A stretch of DNA of 64,000 nucleotides, from positions 192,001-256,000 of the forward strand of contig CAWHVC010000001.1 in the NCBI GenBank assembly GCA_963832745.1, given 5' to 3'. Positions within the stretch are counted from its first letter, which is position 1, and every line of letters begins with the position of its first letter. Below, piece by piece: positions 37,761-46,581 of the stretch. The DNA comes from Candidatus Bathyarchaeota archaeon (GTDB taxonomy: Archaea > Thermoproteota > Bathyarchaeia > Bathyarchaeales > Bathycorpusculaceae). The notes under the pieces were generated by a model that was given only the letters and a program-made list of their open reading frames with translations, had not been told where the DNA came from and searched no databases. Both the position numbers and the translations under genes were made by a program.

Positions 37761-40091
37761 TTAAGGTTTTTTTCTTAACAACAGTAATGTAGCTATAGCG
37801 ACTGCAATTATTACAGCGATGCCTGTACCAATTGTAATAACCGAATTGTCAATTTGCTGGTTTATTTGAGATGTTATTGGTGAGGGTGTTGTAGGTGCTT
37901 CTGTTATTCCAAGTGGAGCCGCGGCGACGGAACTGCCATATGATGCATCTCCAGCAAATGTAGCGTAAATTGTGTATTCTCCTGCAATCTCGGGTTGCCA
38001 CATCTTTTGATACATTCCGGTTAGTCCATCAGAAGTCACTGTGTCAATATGGATCGAGTTTCCGTTTGGATCGATAGCATCAAGCGATACTTGAACACCA
38101 GTTACGGTTGAGGGTATTGGTTTTTGCATGTGAAGGTATTCCATCCATGCACCCATACTTTCAGATGACACACATGGAGTGCCTGGCTGGGCTGGAGAAA
38201 GATCGGTTACTGAACCAGTAATCATTACGCTTTGCCCTAAGGTCGGTGCTGTCAGAGGCATAGAAACTGTGATAGCACTCTTGCCTTTGCCCATTGCATA
38301 CAATTGTAGGTCGTATTCGTCACAGTGCAGTAGGACGCCATCCGCGATAGTTTTAGGGTCACCGGTAGATGCTCCAGATAAGTCAGAGATATTCCATAAT
38401 TGCTGTCCAGTGTATGCGTCTATGCAGTAAAGTCTGTTTCCGATTGGAACTGGGTTGCTTGGACTGTGCTCGCCCGTGCTTTGATAGACTTTTCCGTCAG
38501 CGATGACTGCACCGCCCCACATAGCCCAACCTGGATATGGCGATTCATAGCCAGACGGGGGGGTCTTGTAAACCCATTCTCTTGCGCCTGTTTCACCGTT
38601 AAAGCAGTACAGACCGTCATAGCATGATGCATAGACATTTCCGTATGCGTAGCTCATTCCCGAGTATGACCAGAAGGTTCCCCATGGATAATCGGCTTCT
38701 GCTTCCCATAGTTTAGTGCCTGTAGCCATGTCATAGGCTCGAACTTTTGCGCCATCGCCGGAAGTGAATAGTTTTTCGTCGCCAGCGCATATTGCACCTG
38801 TTTCTCTTTCTTCAGCAGGCAAGGTTCTGTTCCAAAGTACTTGTCCGGTTTCTAAGTCAACACATCCTGACATGCTTGGGTTGTTGGCTATGGTGCCTCC
38901 GTAGCGTCCAGAGATGTATGATATTGCAAAGCCAGGGTCAGAAACATTGTATTTTATCAGTTGCTTGAAGCTTGTTGCTGTGGGCGCGAAACCGAAGACA
39001 GTATTAGAAGCTAAGGGGGCTTCAGTTGTGTTCCAACAGATTAAGCGACCGCCACTTCTGCTGTATACTAATGGGTTTTGAGTGGACCCGTCTAAAGTTC
39101 CGCTAAGTGTGCCGTTTAACCTGTAGACTTCTTGTCCCGTCCATGGATTGTATTTTATGTAGGATGAACCAATCGATACTAGGAACGGCTGGAATTCTAA
39201 GGGTGTTAACCGTTTTTGTTGGAATATAACGCCTGATATTGTAGACATCGACGGATTTACCCAAAGCTCTTCACCTGTTTTGACGTTTACGCAATGCGTC
39301 GCACCTGCTGCGTCTCTATAATAAGTGTACCCGTAAAAGATGATGTTTGTCCGCCCAATTACTGTTGTTGAACCACCACCGTAAGTTAATGATCCATAAT
39401 TTCCGCCGATGATGCCGCCGATTTCTACTTGTTTCTTCCATAGTATGTGAGGTGATTCTGGTCCTTGACTGTATGGGTTAAACCTTGAAGACCCTGCGTC
39501 ATAGCCTGCTTGTACCCAGTCGCCTGCTATTGCACCCCATTCCTTGTTTTCTTCGCGGATTGGACGTTCCCAATACTCTGTTGGTAACGCAACTGGTGCA
39601 ACGCCTGGCACTGGTTCTTCAGTGACGTTGAATGTTAGCACTGGACTTTGGCTTGCCTTGTAGTTTCCGCCTGCCCAATACGCTGATGGGCCTGTGTATG
39701 CGGTTAGATTCTGTGCTGGAAATACTTGTCCTGGAAACACCATTTGATATTTCCATGTGCCAACTTGGTCAGGTACGTATTCAAACCAGTTTGCTGCTGT
39801 TCCCCATGGTTCTGAGTCAATGTTTACTACATCTTGTGTTCCATCAGGTTTTGTGAAAGTTACAATGTAGTGAAAAACTGGTCCGCTTGGAATTGACGGC
39901 GTCATCCATAGGTTAACAAGTAATGTTTGGTCAACACCTATTGGGTCGGGATTGACACTAATGTAGGAAAGAGTTTGAATTTGTTCATCGCCTGAAACTG
40001 ATAGCGTAGATGTAGCCATTATAAGTGTGCTCATCATAAGTATGGCAAAAAGTATTGCTATCGAATTTTTCTTTAAACGTTTTATTTTCAT
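37761..40091 (-). CDS. PQQ-like beta-propeller cell-surface protein
   Basis: Signal peptide; repeated D..TG...W blades; Ig-like domains; C-terminal TM plus RKKP. Confidence 0.88.
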   Translation of the reverse strand: MKIKRLKKNSIAILFAILMMSTLIMATSTLSVSGDEQIQTLSYISVNPDPIGVDQTLLVNLWMTPSIPSGPVFHYIVTFTKPDGTQDVVNIDSEPWGTAANWFEYVPDQVGTWKYQMVFPGQVFPAQNLTAYTGPSAYWAGGNYKASQSPVLTFNVTEEPVPGVAPVALPTEYWERPIREENKEWGAIAGDWVQAGYDAGSSRFNPYSQGPESPHILWKKQVEIGGIIGGNYGSLTYGGGSTTVIGRTNIIFYGYTYYRDAAGATHCVNVKTGEELWVNPSMSTISGVIFQQKRLTPLEFQPFLVSIGSSYIKYNPWTGQEVYRLNGTLSGTLDGSTQNPLVYSRSGGRLICWNTTEAPLASNTVFGFAPTATSFKQLIKYNVSDPGFAISYISGRYGGTIANNPSMSGCVDLETGQVLWNRTLPAEERETGAICAGDEKLFTSGDGAKVRAYDMATGTKLWEAEADYPWGTFWSYSGMSYAYGNVYASCYDGLYCFNGETGAREWVYKTPPSGYESPYPGWAMWGGAVIADGKVYQSTGEHSPSNPVPIGNRLYCIDAYTGQQLWNISDLSGASTGDPKTIADGVLLHCDEYDLQLYAMGKGKSAITVSMPLTAPTLGQSVMITGSVTDLSPAQPGTPCVSSESMGAWMEYLHMQKPIPSTVTGVQVSLDAIDPNGNSIHIDTVTSDGLTGMYQKMWQPEIAGEYTIYATFAGDASYGSSVAAAPLGITEAPTTPSPITSQINQQIDNSVITIGTGIAVIIAVAIATLLLLRKKP

Positions 40092-40372
40092 ATTTTCCTC
40101 TCGTTAAATTTCAGATAAATTCAGCTCTCAACCGATTGGGTATTTATATTTTATTTAGTGGGTAAAAAAAAATTAAAAAAAATAACTAAACAAATGAATC
40201 AATGTTGTTTTTTTAGAGCCCAAACTTGAAACCCACTAAACAGAATCAGGCACTCACTCTTATGCCTGCACTAATCACCACTAAAGTGCGCTGAGTGACC
40301 TAAAATAAGATTTAACCGTCGAAGGGGTGATTACATGCTTAGTTAAAAAATAGTTAATGGTGGGGGACAGTT

Positions 40373-40394
40373 GGGGATGATGTCGCCGTCCCAG
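40373..40394 (+). repeat. attL core
   Basis: GGGGATGATGTCGCCGTCCCAG, identical to 45273-45294. Confidence 0.92.
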
Positions 40395-40442
40395 CCTTAG
40401 GGCAAAGTAAATTTTATCGATGTTATATGATGTTGTTGAGGT

Positions 40443-40790
40443 CTAGTTATAAGCTTTAGGGGGAATTCTTTCTTTTTCCAATTTGCCAACGAAATATTTC
40501 TCTAAATCATAAATAAACTCGTTAGCATAAGCCATCCAAACATGATGCACGCCTTGGTAAGCTCCGCAATTAGGACAAATATTTCCAAAGTTATGGTCTT
40601 CAAAGACAGTTTCAACGGGTGCAAGATTGCCTCTATATTCTGAATTGTAAACATCTTCAGTCATTGGATATGTTACTTGCATTTTTCCATTGCATTTATA
40701 GCAAGACCAAGGAAATCTATAAACTGAAATTTTCATATTAGTGAGCACCTTTGAAGTAATCTGTTGGTTATTCAATAAATGCTTAATCAT
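40443..40790 (-). CDS. Zinc-finger protein (element cargo)
   Basis: CYKC and CPNCG pairs; start probably at internal MKISV. Confidence 0.65.
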   Translation of the reverse strand: MIKHLLNNQQITSKVLTNMKISVYRFPWSCYKCNGKMQVTYPMTEDVYNSEYRGNLAPVETVFEDHNFGNICPNCGAYQGVHHVWMAYANEFIYDLEKYFVGKLEKERIPPKAYN

Positions 40791-40899
40791 TAATTAGAGC
40801 TGATAATGGAGTACCCAGAAAATAAGCTTAGAATATTCAGTTGGCGGCAACCCTTGTGGTTGCTCGCTTCCAACAAATCCTTCTAAATACTAAGCGAAC

Positions 40900-41538
40900 C
40901 TATTTTCCGCCAACGTCTTCTCGAAAAGCATCCTCAAGAAATGAGTCAACCCTTTTTATGTTAGCAGTTATCTGACTTGTCTGTTCCTTAAAATCAGCAA
41001 ACAATTCAGGATATTTTTTAACGATTTCTATAAGTGTCTTTATCTGCTCCATGCTCGTTTCCTTTAGCAATAGGAAACCAAAAATGGCTGAAACATCAGT
41101 TTTATCAATTTTGCCTTTAGCAAGAATTGCCTGATAACCCATTTTAAACGGTTCATATCCAAGTATTGATGACATTTCAACAACACATTGAAGTTGCCTA
41201 TTTTCTGGATAGATTTCAAGTATTCTGTTTGAGAGGACTTTTTGATTGGCTTCTTCAGCAAGGGCAATATAAACTCCTGCGGTTGTCAGCCAAAAAAGTT
41301 GGTGGTCTCTGCCACGATATTCTTCTAATTTTATTTCGGTTATGATGCCTTTTTCTTGCATTGAATCGAAAGCGTTCCAAACTGACTTGTAATGTCCGTT
41401 AATAATTTTATTTAAGCTGTATTTTGACTTAGGAGGGTTTTCTGCTAAGCATAGGAGTATGCGTTTTTGTAACGGCGGAAGGAACTGGCTTTCGGTAATA
41501 GCTTTTGATATATGTTCTTCCCCTTGTGGTTGAGCCAT
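40900..41538 (-). CDS. Winged-helix regulator of the element, divergent from rep
   Basis: L...QKRIL..L......YSL......YKSV..AF..M..KGII.......FWLT..G. Confidence 0.7.
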   Translation of the reverse strand: MAQPQGEEHISKAITESQFLPPLQKRILLCLAENPPKSKYSLNKIINGHYKSVWNAFDSMQEKGIITEIKLEEYRGRDHQLFWLTTAGVYIALAEEANQKVLSNRILEIYPENRQLQCVVEMSSILGYEPFKMGYQAILAKGKIDKTDVSAIFGFLLLKETSMEQIKTLIEIVKKYPELFADFKEQTSQITANIKRVDSFLEDAFREDVGGK

Positions 41539-41611
41539 AGTATGTACTCCGATTTTAACTATGTCATACGGTGCCTATATTAAATTTTGCCAATTTATGC
41601 CTCGATGAAAT

Positions 41612-42613
41612 ATGATTAACATTCAATCAACAGAAAAAAACGCAGTATCACTACATCGAGAAATCAAGAACGAGTTTTGGAGTTACGGCGATTATGTATT
41701 AGTGGGGCATGGAAAGCAAACAAACTCCGATTGTGGAAAATTCGATAAATTCATGGGGTGCCTAAATTATAAGGCACATAATCAAACACGTTTCTTCAAT
41801 GAAACCCTAGACAAAGACTCCGTTTTTGTTAAGCCAATTTATCATTCCTGCGACAAACCAACGTGTCCTGTGTGTTTTAAGTATGGATGGGCTGTAAGAG
41901 AAGCTTACCGAATGGAAGAACGTCTAAAAATAGCGTCTAACCGTTTTGGACTTCCAGTTGAGCACATTGTAGCAAGCATTAGAAGCGAAGATTATGGACT
42001 AAGCCTTGACGCATTACGGAAAAAAGCCATAAAACTAATGTCAAATCGCGGAATTATTGGCGGTTCTATAATTTTTCACGGTTTCCGATATGCCAACCGA
42101 AAAGAAGCAAGGATAAAAAGTGTTCCTTTTGGGTGGCGATGGAGTCCACATTTTCACGTTCTTGGCTTTGTTGGTGGGGAAGGTTATGGTAAATGCCGAA
42201 AATGTAAAGGCGGTGACTGTTATGCTTGCAAAGGCTTTGAAGGCGCAACAAGGCGCGAAAACAAAAAAGACGGCTGGCTCGTCAAAGTCCTAGACAAACG
42301 CAAAACTGTAGGCGGAACATGCTGGTATCAGCTAAATCATTGCTCGATTCAAAGAGGCTCAAAAAAATCTCATGCAACAACATGGTTTGGCGCTTGCTCA
42401 TATCGCAAACTCGAAATAATCAACGGTGAAAAAGGCGTTGGAATACAGCATAAATGCCCCATCTGTGACTCAGAATTAGTCCATATACGCTATTTAGGAC
42501 AAGAAAAGTTCTTGCTTACTCGGCGTGGCGAAATCCGATGTATGTTTGCTGAGGATGGAACACCTCTCTGGGAAATAGCGCATGAAGGTGAATGTCATGG
42601 AGGCTGTGGATAA
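41612..42613 (+). CDS. rep: Rolling-circle replication initiator (HUH endonuclease)
   Basis: Zn motif HSCDKPTCPVC, motif I HIVAS, HUH PHFHVLG, motif III YQLNH, WFG, C-terminal CPIC. Confidence 0.85.
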   Translation: MINIQSTEKNAVSLHREIKNEFWSYGDYVLVGHGKQTNSDCGKFDKFMGCLNYKAHNQTRFFNETLDKDSVFVKPIYHSCDKPTCPVCFKYGWAVREAYRMEERLKIASNRFGLPVEHIVASIRSEDYGLSLDALRKKAIKLMSNRGIIGGSIIFHGFRYANRKEARIKSVPFGWRWSPHFHVLGFVGGEGYGKCRKCKGGDCYACKGFEGATRRENKKDGWLVKVLDKRKTVGGTCWYQLNHCSIQRGSKKSHATTWFGACSYRKLEIINGEKGVGIQHKCPICDSELVHIRYLGQEKFLLTRRGEIRCMFAEDGTPLWEIAHEGECHGGCG

Positions 42614-42924
42614 TGATTCGCCAGCAAAGAAGACGTTTAGAGCGCCAATGGAGCAAGATAAAGGTGGGCGAAATATGTACAGACTTCATTGAAAAAAACA
42701 ACCTTTTCACACCTCCTCACATTCTTTCCTTCCAAGCGGTGAAATTATCTGAGTATTTAGTTGGCGTGTATAATGTTGGGCTCTTTAATTTCAAGAAAGA
42801 CAAAGGGCATGGAGAATTCTTCACGACCTGCATGTTTGTTGAAGGTTGCTTAAGAAATCTGCACTCTGAACGGTTGGGTTTCATTCAAGAGTTTGATTTG
42901 TGGGAGGTGGACGAAATCGATTGA
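42592..42924 (+). CDS. Hypothetical protein downstream of rep
   Basis: ORF overlapping the rep stop; start probably at internal MIRQQ. Confidence 0.45.
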   Translation: MSWRLWIMIRQQRRRLERQWSKIKVGEICTDFIEKNNLFTPPHILSFQAVKLSEYLVGVYNVGLFNFKKDKGHGEFFTTCMFVEGCLRNLHSERLGFIQEFDLWEVDEID

Positions 42925-43006
42925 TGCTTTGGCGCATCGTTTGGCTACTTGCGGAAAGTTCGGCAAGCGATAAGCGGAGCGCACCGCGCAAGCGGGCGCG
43001 AACTTT
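42923..43006. other. GC-rich inverted-repeat cluster, candidate rolling-circle origin (dso/sso)
   Basis: AAAGTTCG (42955-62)/CGAACTTT (42999-43006); CTTGC/GCAAG; GCGC-a-CCGC-GCAA-GCGG-GCGC hairpin. Confidence 0.55.
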
Positions 43007-43027
43007 AGTAAAAAAATTGGTTATCTC

Positions 43028-43850
43028 TTAATCAATTGATTTAGTCAACTTCTTCTTTTCCATCTTTTTTGTGATATAATCAGTTATACCTTCAACTAAA
43101 TCATTAACAAATATTCTTTCATCATCTGAAACACTTGTTCCAAAATGCTCACCGAAGTTAGGATAGTATGTTATATGTTATTTTAAGAAGGTCAACTATA
43201 CTGATTAATTATCAGTTCTCATCAGTGCTATCATCAATGAGAAATTTGAATGTGTTTTTTCAACATCTATTGCTTTACTTTTAGTGGACCCAAGAAATTT
43301 CTATCTATGTTGTAGCCCTTTTTCTGAACTAAGCTTAATTGCAGAATTATTGTTAATGATTTTTGCGCTTAACCGTCAGTAATCAAACATAGATTTCATA
43401 AATGTCAGAGTCAATCCAGCAATCAATTCATTGCAGCAACTTAAACTTTGAAGACCATATCAGAAAGAATGCTTTAAATTATATTGCTCCACTTGCCTAA
43501 GGCAATTATTACTCACGCAAATTTTTTTTCGATTATTTCTTATCAATCTTGTTTCATATGGAAATGGCGATTTTTGGCCCAGTTTGTGTTAATTCCAAAT
43601 ATCCAAGTGAATTCCCATGCAATTCTATAAAATATTACCGTCAGTAATGACATGTAGGGTAAAATCAAGGTTGTACATTCAAAAAATAGCCTTTTCCATT
43701 ATAATTATTTGAAACGTGATCCAAGGTGCGAATGATGCCTCCAATTCAAAAAATTATTCACGGTTCATTTGCGACTTCAAGTTATCCTTCCCAATTAAAA
43801 GAGACTTGAAAGATAGACGAGTAATTTAGTAGCCAGGCGTAATCATGAGT
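43028..43850 (-). pseudogene. Decayed cargo gene
   Basis: AT-rich with short protein-like fragments broken by stops, ending ...PNFGEHFGTSVSDDERIFVNDLVEGITDYITKKMEKKKLTKSID*; boundaries approximate. Confidence 0.45.
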
Positions 43851-44328
43851 AGGCGATATTTTTTTGCTATTTGGTCAAGTTTCGACAACAAGAACTTTTA
43901 AATTTAATCGTTAAAATAATAAATTTAAGCTAGGAGATCTGAACTTACCCGTAGGTTCTATTTCTTTAAGAGGGATAGGTTTGAATTGGTTGAAAAGCTA
44001 TCGGCATTACCTTTAGTCAATTAACGTTGATTCTATCAAATTTTTAATATATCTGTGGTATCAGAGAATATGACGGACATAGAGGCAGTGAAGACAGCTA
44101 AAGTGTAGTAGTGACTGAGGGTGAGAGACTGAGTGACTGACAGACAGAGGGTGACATGACATTATTAACGGGGATTTTGCGCATATATTACGTCATGGTT
44201 AGTAGAGAAAATCAAGAATTTGCGGGCTTTTTTAAAATACCATAACAGTAAAATTGATTTTGTTGATTGCTTCTTGAATTCGCCATCTAAAGCAGGATAT
44301 AGCATCACCAACGGGTATGGCATCTTGC

Positions 44329-45213
44329 TTAATTGCTTGTTGTACTTGTTTCGTCTGTTGTGCATTTTAGTGGTATCCACTGGATTTCTTGGTCTTCAGT
44401 AATGTATTTTTCAGTGCTTCTTGCGTCTTTGTGTCCAAGTATTTTTTTAACTTGCAAAAAGTTGTGTCCTGATAGTTTGTATTCTCTTGTGCCTTTTCGT
44501 CTGCGGAAATCATAGAGTTGCACTTGTTTTAGTTCGGGCATGTTGTATTTTTCTGCAAGGTTGTTTCTTGCATGTCTGTAACATGTGCTTAAGGTGTCTG
44601 AGGATGTTGGAAAAATTATGCTTTGAGCGTTTAGGTTTTCACGTTTGATATACCTTTTTAGCAGTTCTAAGGTGTCCTGCTTTAGTTTTCCTTCTCTTCC
44701 GATTGTATGTTTTGCGCCTGTAAGGTCAGTTCTTCCTGTTACTAAATCAATGTCTTGAACCTTTAGCCATGTTAATTCGATAGGGCGTTCCCCTAAATCT
44801 CGAGACATCTTTAATTTAAGGTTCAAAGGAAATTTAACGTGATTTATAATAAATTGCACTAATTCCTCTTTTGGTGCCCTACGCTTCTTATCTTGGCGCT
44901 GATAAAAGGGCTTATTCCATGATAACCCTAAAGATTGAATCGCTATATTATAGGATTCTATCAGGTTTTCCTTTCTGGCGTTAGATACATTCTTGTTTGC
45001 TATGTATAGTTTGACTTCTTGAGGGTTGCTTGTGTTGCAGTTTTTCTGTAAATGTTTAAGTTCCTTTACTACTCTTTTGATGGTTGTTGGTTCATAGGCT
45101 TCTTTTTTCATCCAAATAATAACGTTAGCTAAGTTAAGGTTTCCAATATCTTTAGGGTCTTGGGTTTCCTGTTGAAGTTGTTTTAAGAGCTCTTTTACGA
45201 GTTTAGGGTTCAT
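44329..45213 (-). CDS. int: Tyrosine recombinase/integrase
   Basis: Catalytic set: LGERPIE (R), GAKH (K), YDFRR, LGHKD, TEKY (Y); starts about 60 bp inside attR. Confidence 0.92.
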   Translation of the reverse strand: MNPKLVKELLKQLQQETQDPKDIGNLNLANVIIWMKKEAYEPTTIKRVVKELKHLQKNCNTSNPQEVKLYIANKNVSNARKENLIESYNIAIQSLGLSWNKPFYQRQDKKRRAPKEELVQFIINHVKFPLNLKLKMSRDLGERPIELTWLKVQDIDLVTGRTDLTGAKHTIGREGKLKQDTLELLKRYIKRENLNAQSIIFPTSSDTLSTCYRHARNNLAEKYNMPELKQVQLYDFRRRKGTREYKLSGHNFLQVKKILGHKDARSTEKYITEDQEIQWIPLKCTTDETSTTSN

Positions 45214-45269
45214 TCATTTTCATCTTTCCTTTACCAAAACCCTAAGATACTGGGACGATGTTTCAATCG

Positions 45270-45337
45270 TTGGGGGATGATGTCGCCGTCCCAGTCGGAT
45301 TGCGAAAGATGACGAGCTTATGACGGACAGACCCCAA
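45270..45337 (+). ncRNA. Box C/D 2'-O-methylation guide sRNA (contains attR core)
   Basis: Stem TTGGGG/CCCCAA; C ATGATGT 45277-83; 12-nt guide; D' CGGA 45296-99; C' ATGACGA 45309-15; 12-nt guide; D CAGA 45328-31; box deviations are compensatory. Confidence 0.85.
45273..45294 (+). repeat. attR core
   Basis: Identical to 40373-40394. Confidence 0.92.
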
Positions 45338-45616
45338 GCGTCAACATCAAAATTTTTAAAATTTTAAAATAGTGTTCCTGCACCGAAAATGTAAGAAATC
45401 ACAATGGTTACGCAGAGGGAAATGCAGAGGAAAGGGCAGGCTTTTCTGGAAAAAAACGCTGTGTAATAAACCTCAAACTCACGTTTTAAATGGCGTAGGC
45501 ATATGTGGGCGAGCCTATATTCCATTAAAGCCTCCTCCTTCTCCTCAAGAAAAGTTGGGCTTTTAGAGTTTATAAAGGGTATTTCAAACGTGGAATACCC
45601 TAATGGAGAGAAGAGG

Positions 45617-46036
45617 TTAGCGTGACATGCAGTCAAGCATTAAGGTGCATGTGAAGCATTCTTCAGGAACAGGCGTGTCTTTTGGACGTTTTTTAAGGTA
45701 ACCAGCGTAATGAGCGCACACTGACGGAGCAACTGGAACCTTGCTGACCGATTCGGTTTTAAGCTCGGGCTGGGACTGAATTTCAGGTTCAAGTTTTGCC
45801 TCGATTGGCGCTGCTTCCTGATGAGGTTGAACGGTTTTTTCTTCTTTTTTAAGTTCAACTTTTGATAGGCATGCGGGGCATGCGTAGTATGCTTCGGCGA
45901 CGCCGGGGGAGTTGTTTACGGCGAATATGGGTTTGGTGAAGCGTTTGCCGCAGCGGATGCACATGTAGTTGACACTGGTTTGTTGAGTTTCTGTTGTGGT
46001 TGTTTCGAGTGTTAGTATGCTGCGGCTGTGTTCCAT
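45617..46036 (-). CDS. Cys-rich zinc-finger protein
   Basis: CIRC..ACPAC and CAH..GYL...PEECFTC...LDC. Confidence 0.75.
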   Translation of the reverse strand: MEHSRSILTLETTTTETQQTSVNYMCIRCGKRFTKPIFAVNNSPGVAEAYYACPACLSKVELKKEEKTVQPHQEAAPIEAKLEPEIQSQPELKTESVSKVPVAPSVCAHYAGYLKKRPKDTPVPEECFTCTLMLDCMSR

Positions 46037-46201
46037 TGTTTTCCCTCTGTTAACGATTCCGCTTAAGTATTAATATTTAATAAACCTTGTTGCTTTTGTG
46101 TTCAACATTGAGACAGTTTTGTGTTGCTCTTTTTTGTGTTTGGAGGCTTTTTTGAGGTTTTTTGTTGTTTGGTGTTTTACAGTTTGAACCAACAAGTTTA
46201 A

Positions 46202-46233
46202 ATGAAATATTATTCATATGAATTATTATTCAT
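46202..46233 (+). promoter_or_regulatory. Tandem palindromic operator, probable ArsR autoregulation site
   Basis: Two adjacent ATGAA-N6-TTCAT dyads between TTTAAA (46197-202) and the ArsR start. Confidence 0.65.
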
Positions 46234-46242
46234 CAATAAAGG

Positions 46243-46581
46243 ATGGCGACAAAAACGAAAAAAACCCTAACAGAAATCTGCCACCGCTTCTTCACAAACC
46301 TAGCAAACCCCACACGCCTCGCCGCCCTCGAACAACTCATGGAAAAACCCCAAACCGTAACCGAACTCGCACAAACCCTAGGACAAGAACAAAGCATGAT
46401 ATCCCACAACCTAAAACCCTTACTCCAATGCAACATCATCACCATTCAAAAACAAGGAAAAAAACACATCTACACAGCCAACAAAGAAACCCTAACACCC
46501 ATCTTTGAAGCCATCCAAAACCACGCCCAAAAATTCTGTCCAACCGGCGGAAACTGCCTAAAAGGAGACAAACAAAATTGA
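46243..46581 (+). CDS. ArsR/SmtB family regulator
   Basis: F..LANPTRL..L..L.....V.EL...LG.EQS.ISHNL..L; C-terminal HAQKFC....C. Confidence 0.9.
   Translation: MATKTKKTLTEICHRFFTNLANPTRLAALEQLMEKPQTVTELAQTLGQEQSMISHNLKPLLQCNIITIQKQGKKHIYTANKETLTPIFEAIQNHAQKFCPTGGNCLKGDKQN

Larger units (their letters stand above)
40373..45294. mobile_element. Integrated 4.9-kb rolling-circle element (integrase plus HUH Rep) inserted in a box C/D sRNA
   Basis: 22-bp perfect direct repeats 4,900 bp apart; tyrosine integrase next to the right repeat; RCR Rep inside; AT-rich cargo. Confidence 0.9.

Noticed and set aside
45240-45345. tRNA gene at the integration site
   Set aside because: No cloverleaf or TTCGA T-loop on either strand; C/D box architecture explains the sequence
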